A stretch of 32,000 bases of DNA, taken from Candidatus Saccharimonadota bacterium. Its GTDB lineage: Bacteria > Pseudomonadota > Gammaproteobacteria > Enterobacterales > Enterobacteriaceae. Shown piece by piece: positions 27,906 to 32,000 of the stretch; the first letter of the stretch is position 1; each line of letters opens with the position of its first letter. The stretch is taken from positions 150,001 to 182,000 of the forward strand of contig NZ_AP018160.1 in NCBI RefSeq assembly GCF_004296515.1, given 5' to 3'. The position numbers were made by a program, and so were the translations under genes. The notes under the pieces are model-generated. The model was given only the letters and a program-made list of their open reading frames with translations. It was not told the origin of the DNA and made no database searches.

Positions 27906-29171
27906 ATGAATAAAATTTGTATAAAAGGACCATCTAAATTAATAGGAGATATAAAAATATCAGGATCAAAAAATTCAGTATTACCTATACTTATACTTTC
28001 ATTATTTTTAGATGGTGAAGTTATAATAAAAAATGTACCAAATATATTTGATGTTAATATAGTAATTAAATTATTAATATATATTGGTTCTAAAATAGAA
28101 TATAGTAATTCTACTTATTACATAAATAATAAATTTATAAATACTTCATCAATTCCATACGAATTTGCCAGTAAAATAAGAGCATCTATATGGATTATAG
28201 CACCATTATTATATAGATTTAATTGTGTTAATACTTTTTTCCCAGGGGGCTGTTCAATAGGATTAAGACCAATAGATTTACATATATATGCTTTAAAAAA
28301 ATTAGGTGTTTTATTTGAATTAAATAATAATATTATAAGTGCAAAAATAAATGGAAGTTTTTTTGGATCTATAATTAATTTAAATAAAATAAGTGTTGGT
28401 GCTACAATAACCAGTATAAGTGCTGCTATTTTAGCTGAAGGAACAACTATAATAAAAAATTCTTCTAAAGAACCAGAAGTAATAGATGTTATTAATTTTT
28501 TAAATATGTTAGGTGCTAATATAATTGGTGCAGGGACTAATGAAATTAAAGTAATAGGAAAAAAAAAACTAAATAATATTGGAAAATCTTATTATATACC
28601 ATTTGATAGAATAGAAACAGGAACATTTTTAATAGCAGCTGCTATTTCTAGAGGAAATATAACATGTGAAAATGTAAAATTTGATAGACTTAAAATAGTT
28701 TTAAATAAATTAAAAAATACTGGAGCTTCAATTAATGTAGGAAATGATTTTATAAATTTAAATATGAATAGTAAAAGACCTAAATCAGTTTCTTTATACA
28801 CTTTTCCATATCCTGGATTTCCTACAGATATGCAACCTCAATTTAGTATATTAAATTCAATAGGTACAGGAAGTAGTTATATTATAGAAAATATATTTGA
28901 AAATAGATTTACTCATGTAAATGAATTAATAAGTATGGGAGCTAATATAATTATAAAAAATAATAAAATAATATTTTATGGAGTAAATAATTTATTTGGT
29001 TCAATTATAGAAGCAAAAGATTTAAGATCTTCTATAAGTTTAGTATTAGCAGGATCAATTGCAATTGGAGAAACAATAATAAATAATATAAATTATATAA
29101 ACAGAGGATATGAAAATATATTTAGTAAATTAAAATCTATAGGATTAAATTTTAAATTATTTTTTGATTAA
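27906..29171 (+). CDS. murA: UDP-N-acetylglucosamine 1-carboxyvinyltransferase
   Basis: 421 aa. ISGSKNSVLPIL, active-site loop FPGGCSIGLRPIDLH (Cys115 equivalent), and FPTDMQPQF. Confidence 0.95.
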   Translation: MNKICIKGPSKLIGDIKISGSKNSVLPILILSLFLDGEVIIKNVPNIFDVNIVIKLLIYIGSKIEYSNSTYYINNKFINTSSIPYEFASKIRASIWIIAPLLYRFNCVNTFFPGGCSIGLRPIDLHIYALKKLGVLFELNNNIISAKINGSFFGSIINLNKISVGATITSISAAILAEGTTIIKNSSKEPEVIDVINFLNMLGANIIGAGTNEIKVIGKKKLNNIGKSYYIPFDRIETGTFLIAAAISRGNITCENVKFDRLKIVLNKLKNTGASINVGNDFINLNMNSKRPKSVSLYTFPYPGFPTDMQPQFSILNSIGTGSSYIIENIFENRFTHVNELISMGANIIIKNNKIIFYGVNNLFGSIIEAKDLRSSISLVLAGSIAIGETIINNINYINRGYENIFSKLKSIGLNFKLFFD

Positions 29172-29179
29172 ATTCTAAA

Positions 29180-30538
29180 TTATTTTCTAAAAATTAAAAA
29201 TACATTAGAATTATTTCTAATTACTGATAATGACATTAATTTATTTTTACTATTTATTAAAATTTTTTTAAATTGGTTTAAATCGTATACTTTATTTTTA
29301 TTTAATTCTATTATTATGTCATTTTTTCTTAATCCTATTAAATAAGCAATAGAACCTTTTATTATATCAGAAACTTGTATATAATTAATATTATCTTTTA
29401 CGATATTTTTAAATGTAGCTCCTTTTAAAGAAGAAATTAATATTTTTTCTTCATTATCTGATAATGATAAATTATCTAATTTTACATATATATATTTTGT
29501 TATATTATTTCTTAGTATTCCTACTTTTAAATTTTCACCTGGTAATGAAATTCCTATTTTAAGTTTTAATTCAGAAAAATTGTTTATCTCTTTATCATTT
29601 ATAGATAATATAATATCACCGGGTTTAATATCATATTTATATGCTGGAGATCCATACATTACTTCACTTATAAATATACCCTTACTAATACTTAAATTGA
29701 ATGCTTTAGATATATCAGGATTTAATTCAATACATTTTATTCCTAATTGATTTCTTTTTACTTCTCCAAATTTTATTATTTGATAACTTAAATTTTTTAT
29801 TATATTACTTGGTATCGCAAATCCTATACCTATATTACCTCCGTTTGGAGCTATAATAGCAGTATTTATTCCTATTAATTCTCCATTTATATTAACAAGA
29901 GCACCACCAGAATTACCTTTATTAATTGAAGCATCTGTTTGTATAAAATTTTCTAATCCATTAGAATTTAAACCACTTCTACCTAAAGCTGATATAATAC
30001 CAGATGTTGCTGTTTGTCCTAATCCAAAAGGGTTTCCTATAGCTACAACAAAATCACCAACTCTAATTAAATCAGAATTAGCTATTTTTATTTCTACTAA
30101 ATTTTTAGGTACATTTACAAATTTAATTATAGCTATATCATTTCTATTATCATTTCCTATTAATTTTGCATTAAATTCTCTACCATCATTTAATCTTATT
30201 TTTATTTTGTTAACATTTTTTACTACATGATTATTTGTAATAATATATCCTTTATTAGAGTCTATTATTACTCCAGATCCTATTCCCTCAAATAATTTAT
30301 TATCTTTTGGTATATTAGGTCCAAAGAAATATTTAAATTCTTTTGGAATATTATATTGTTTTTCCTTTACTCCTTCTGTGTATATATTAACTACTGATGG
30401 TATAACTTTTTCTAACATAGGAGCTAAACTAAAAGTTATATTTTTATTATCTTTATGATTATTGTAAGAATGTATTATAGATGTACTAAATATATTTGAT
30501 ATTATTAATAATATTTTTAGTAATAAATTTAATTTCAT
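29180..30538 (-). CDS. degP: periplasmic Do/HtrA-family serine endoprotease (DegP/DegQ)
   Basis: Catalytic triad contexts TNNHVV, NDIAIIK and GNSGGALVN, with two PDZ-like regions. The start is trimmed to MKLNLLLKILLIISN (signal-peptide-like) at 30538; the track ORF begins 20 codons further upstream. Its size and its position next to rplM-rpsI fit DegQ at least as well as DegP. Confidence 0.88.
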   Translation of the reverse strand: MKLNLLLKILLIISNIFSTSIIHSYNNHKDNKNITFSLAPMLEKVIPSVVNIYTEGVKEKQYNIPKEFKYFFGPNIPKDNKLFEGIGSGVIIDSNKGYIITNNHVVKNVNKIKIRLNDGREFNAKLIGNDNRNDIAIIKFVNVPKNLVEIKIANSDLIRVGDFVVAIGNPFGLGQTATSGIISALGRSGLNSNGLENFIQTDASINKGNSGGALVNINGELIGINTAIIAPNGGNIGIGFAIPSNIIKNLSYQIIKFGEVKRNQLGIKCIELNPDISKAFNLSISKGIFISEVMYGSPAYKYDIKPGDIILSINDKEINNFSELKLKIGISLPGENLKVGILRNNITKYIYVKLDNLSLSDNEEKILISSLKGATFKNIVKDNINYIQVSDIIKGSIAYLIGLRKNDIIIELNKNKVYDLNQFKKILINSKNKLMSLSVIRNNSNVFLIFRK

Positions 30539-30708
30539 ATAAAATTTTAATTGATTATTTATTATAAATTTACTAAAATTATTATAAATTAAATACATAT
30601 TTTATGTCAACTAATATCAAATTTTATATTAGACTATAAATTTATAATATTTAAAATTTTAATATTTTTACTATATTAAATATATAATTAAGATAATATT
30701 TATAAATT

Positions 30709-31128
30709 ATGTTATTAAATAAAAAAGTAATAAGAAAGTGGTATTTATTAGATGCAGAAAATAAAAATTTAGGTAGAATTTCTACTTTAATATCATTAAT
30801 TTTACAAGGAAAAAATAAATCAGAATATTCTTCTAATATAGATGTTGGAGATTACATAGTATTAATAAATGCAAAAAAAATTAAAGTAACTGGTAATAAA
30901 TTTAATAATAAAATATATTATAAACATACTGGATATATAGGTAATTTAAAAAAATATTGTTTCAAAGATATTATGCAAAAAAATCCTAAATATATTATTA
31001 TTCATTCTATTAAAGGAATGTTGCCTAAAAATAAACTTCAAAATATTTTTATAAAAAAATTAAAAATTTTTTTAGATTCTAATCATACTTATAAAAATAT
31101 TAAATTTAATATTTTAGATATAAATTAA
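30709..31128 (+). CDS. rplM: 50S ribosomal protein L13
   Basis: 139 aa. WYLLDAENKNLGRIST, GDYIVLINAKKIKVTGNK, HSIKGMLPKN. Confidence 0.95.
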   Translation: MLLNKKVIRKWYLLDAENKNLGRISTLISLILQGKNKSEYSSNIDVGDYIVLINAKKIKVTGNKFNNKIYYKHTGYIGNLKKYCFKDIMQKNPKYIIIHSIKGMLPKNKLQNIFIKKLKIFLDSNHTYKNIKFNILDIN

Positions 31129-31137
31129 TTTAAATTT

Positions 31138-31524
31138 ATGCTTATTTATTATGGAACTGGAAGAAGAAAAAATTCCTCTTCTAGAGTTTTTATGAAAAAT
31201 GGAAATGGTAATATTGTTATAAATAAAATTAATATAGATAAATATGTATATATGAACTTAAAAAAATATATAATTATAAGTCCAATGATTATTACAAATT
31301 TAATAGATAAATTTGATTTATTTATAACAGTTAAAGGAGGAGGATATTCAAGTCAATTATATGCTATTAGATTAGGTATTTCTAGAGCAATTGTAAAATA
31401 TAATGAAAATTTTAAAAATATATTAAAAAAACTAAAATATTTAACTAGAGATTCTAGAAGTGTAGAAAGAAAAAAATTTGGATTAAAAAAATCAAGAAAA
31501 AAACCTCAATATTCTAAAAGATAA
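31138..31524 (+). CDS. rpsI: 30S ribosomal protein S9
   Basis: 128 aa. YYGTGRRKNSSSRVF, ITVKGGG, TRDSRSVERKKFGLKKSRKKPQYSKR C-terminus. Confidence 0.95.
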   Translation: MLIYYGTGRRKNSSSRVFMKNGNGNIVINKINIDKYVYMNLKKYIIISPMIITNLIDKFDLFITVKGGGYSSQLYAIRLGISRAIVKYNENFKNILKKLKYLTRDSRSVERKKFGLKKSRKKPQYSKR

Positions 31525-32000
31525 TTATTTTTTTATTAAGAAATCTTTATGAATTATTGCTGTGATTATTTCTTTATTTTTAAAATAATAATTTATTAAT
31601 CTTATTAAATTTATAGTATCTTTTCTATTACATATACCTATTATATATATTTCATCATTTACAATAAAAAATTTAATATTAGATAATTTTGTAGTATTAA
31701 ACTTTAATAATATTAAATATAATTTAATATTTTCATAAAAATATTTTAAAAAATATTGTTTTTTTATTTTATTATTATTAATTTTTATTTTATTAAAAAT
31801 TTTTATTTTATTATATTTATAATTATTAATAATTTTATTTAATTTATTTATTTCATTTAAAGAATCTAATTTACCAATTAATATTATATTATTATTATAA
31901 GATATAATTTTTATATTATTTTTATTAATATTTTTTTTTATAAAATTTTTTATTTTAAATTTATTTATTACATCAATTATTTGTATATTTATATTTCTTG
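31525..32000 (-). CDS. 3' part of a gene running out of the window; two BON-like repeats, possibly DolP/YraP-type (or OsmY-like) periplasmic protein
   Basis: Hand translation of the minus strand from 31998 down to TAA at 31527..31525 gives 157 codons with no stop. It contains two repeats of the BON-like pattern (IKIISYNNNIILIGKLDSLNEINKLNKIINN..KIKIFNKIKI and IKFFIVNDEIYIIGICNRKDTINLIRLINYYFKNKEIITAIIHKDF). That is far longer than any spurious ORF in this window. Confidence 0.45.
   Translation of the reverse strand, partial: RNINIQIIDVINKFKIKNFIKKNINKNNIKIISYNNNIILIGKLDSLNEINKLNKIINNYKYNKIKIFNKIKINNNKIKKQYFLKYFYENIKLYLILLKFNTTKLSNIKFFIVNDEIYIIGICNRKDTINLIRLINYYFKNKEIITAIIHKDFLIKK

Noticed and set aside
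1978-28801. Short ORFs of 61-78 aa nested in larger genes: 1978..2196, 8495..8731, 10931..11137, 11721..11912, 15733..15918, 21199..21405, 23120..23329, 26629..26826, 28592..28801
   Set aside because: Each lies entirely inside, and antisense to or out of frame with, a strongly supported conserved gene (rnhA, ligA, tktA, ileS, dnaG, rpoD, valS, murA). The products are F/I/L/K-rich low complexity with no recognisable motif. They are the size expected for chance ORFs opposite K/N/I-rich coding sequence.
30539-30598. 20-codon N-terminal extension of the DegP/Q ORF (MYLIYNNFSKFIINNQLKFY)
   Set aside because: The internal Met at 30538 is followed by a typical signal-peptide-like segment (MKLNLLLKILLIISNIFS). 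The extension has no such character. The true start cannot be proven from sequence alone.
1-32000. CRISPR arrays, IS elements or transposase fragments, integrases, phage genes, toxin-antitoxin pairs, rRNA or other structured ncRNAs
   Set aside because: I saw no regularly spaced direct repeats, no inverted terminal repeats flanking an ORF, and no unassigned G/C-rich islands outside the eight tRNAs. Every ORF over 100 aa except 10104..10802 has a clear housekeeping identity. Low-complexity N/K/I runs are compositional, not repeat elements.

Overview
This window is an extremely AT-rich, very gene-dense housekeeping segment. GC is clearly low by eye, but I did not compute it. About 1.3 kb of the 32 kb lies outside my gene calls. 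Gene content and local gene order match a reduced gammaproteobacterial (Enterobacterales-type) obligate endosymbiont. Conserved E. coli-like blocks are rnhA/dnaQ/tRNA-Asp, gltX/tRNA-Val-Lys, surA-rsmA, ileS/rpsT, tsaD/rpsU-dnaG-rpoD/tRNA-Ile2 and degP(Q)/rplM-rpsI. I call 24 complete protein genes, 2 partial genes at the window edges, 8 tRNA genes and one well-formed sigma70 promoter. The functions are translation (argS, gltX, ileS, valS, rpsT, rpsU, rplM, rpsI, cca, tsaD, rsmA), replication and repair (dnaQ, rnhA, ligA, dnaG), transcription (rpoD), proteostasis (lon, degP/Q, surA), cell envelope (murA, a PAP2 phosphatase, probable murJ and dolP fragments), tktA and sodA. I see no mobile element, CRISPR array, toxin-antitoxin pair, defence, secretion or other accessory island. 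I do not think the window holds a novel multi-gene system. The most unusual item is the only unassigned ORF (10104..10802). By eye it looks like an open but catalytically dead N-terminal remnant of PTS enzyme I, sitting where ptsI would be relative to ligA. Other points worth a second look:
- None of the 8 tRNA genes encodes CCA, and cca is retained with an apparently eroded HD domain.
- A truncated rpsU, missing from the ORF track, ends in an A13 run.
- A/T homopolymers of 10 nt or more lie inside essential genes.
- sodA starts 7 nt after a tRNA.
- Several convergent gene ends have no room for a terminator.
All comparisons with E. coli sequences are from memory and need computational confirmation.
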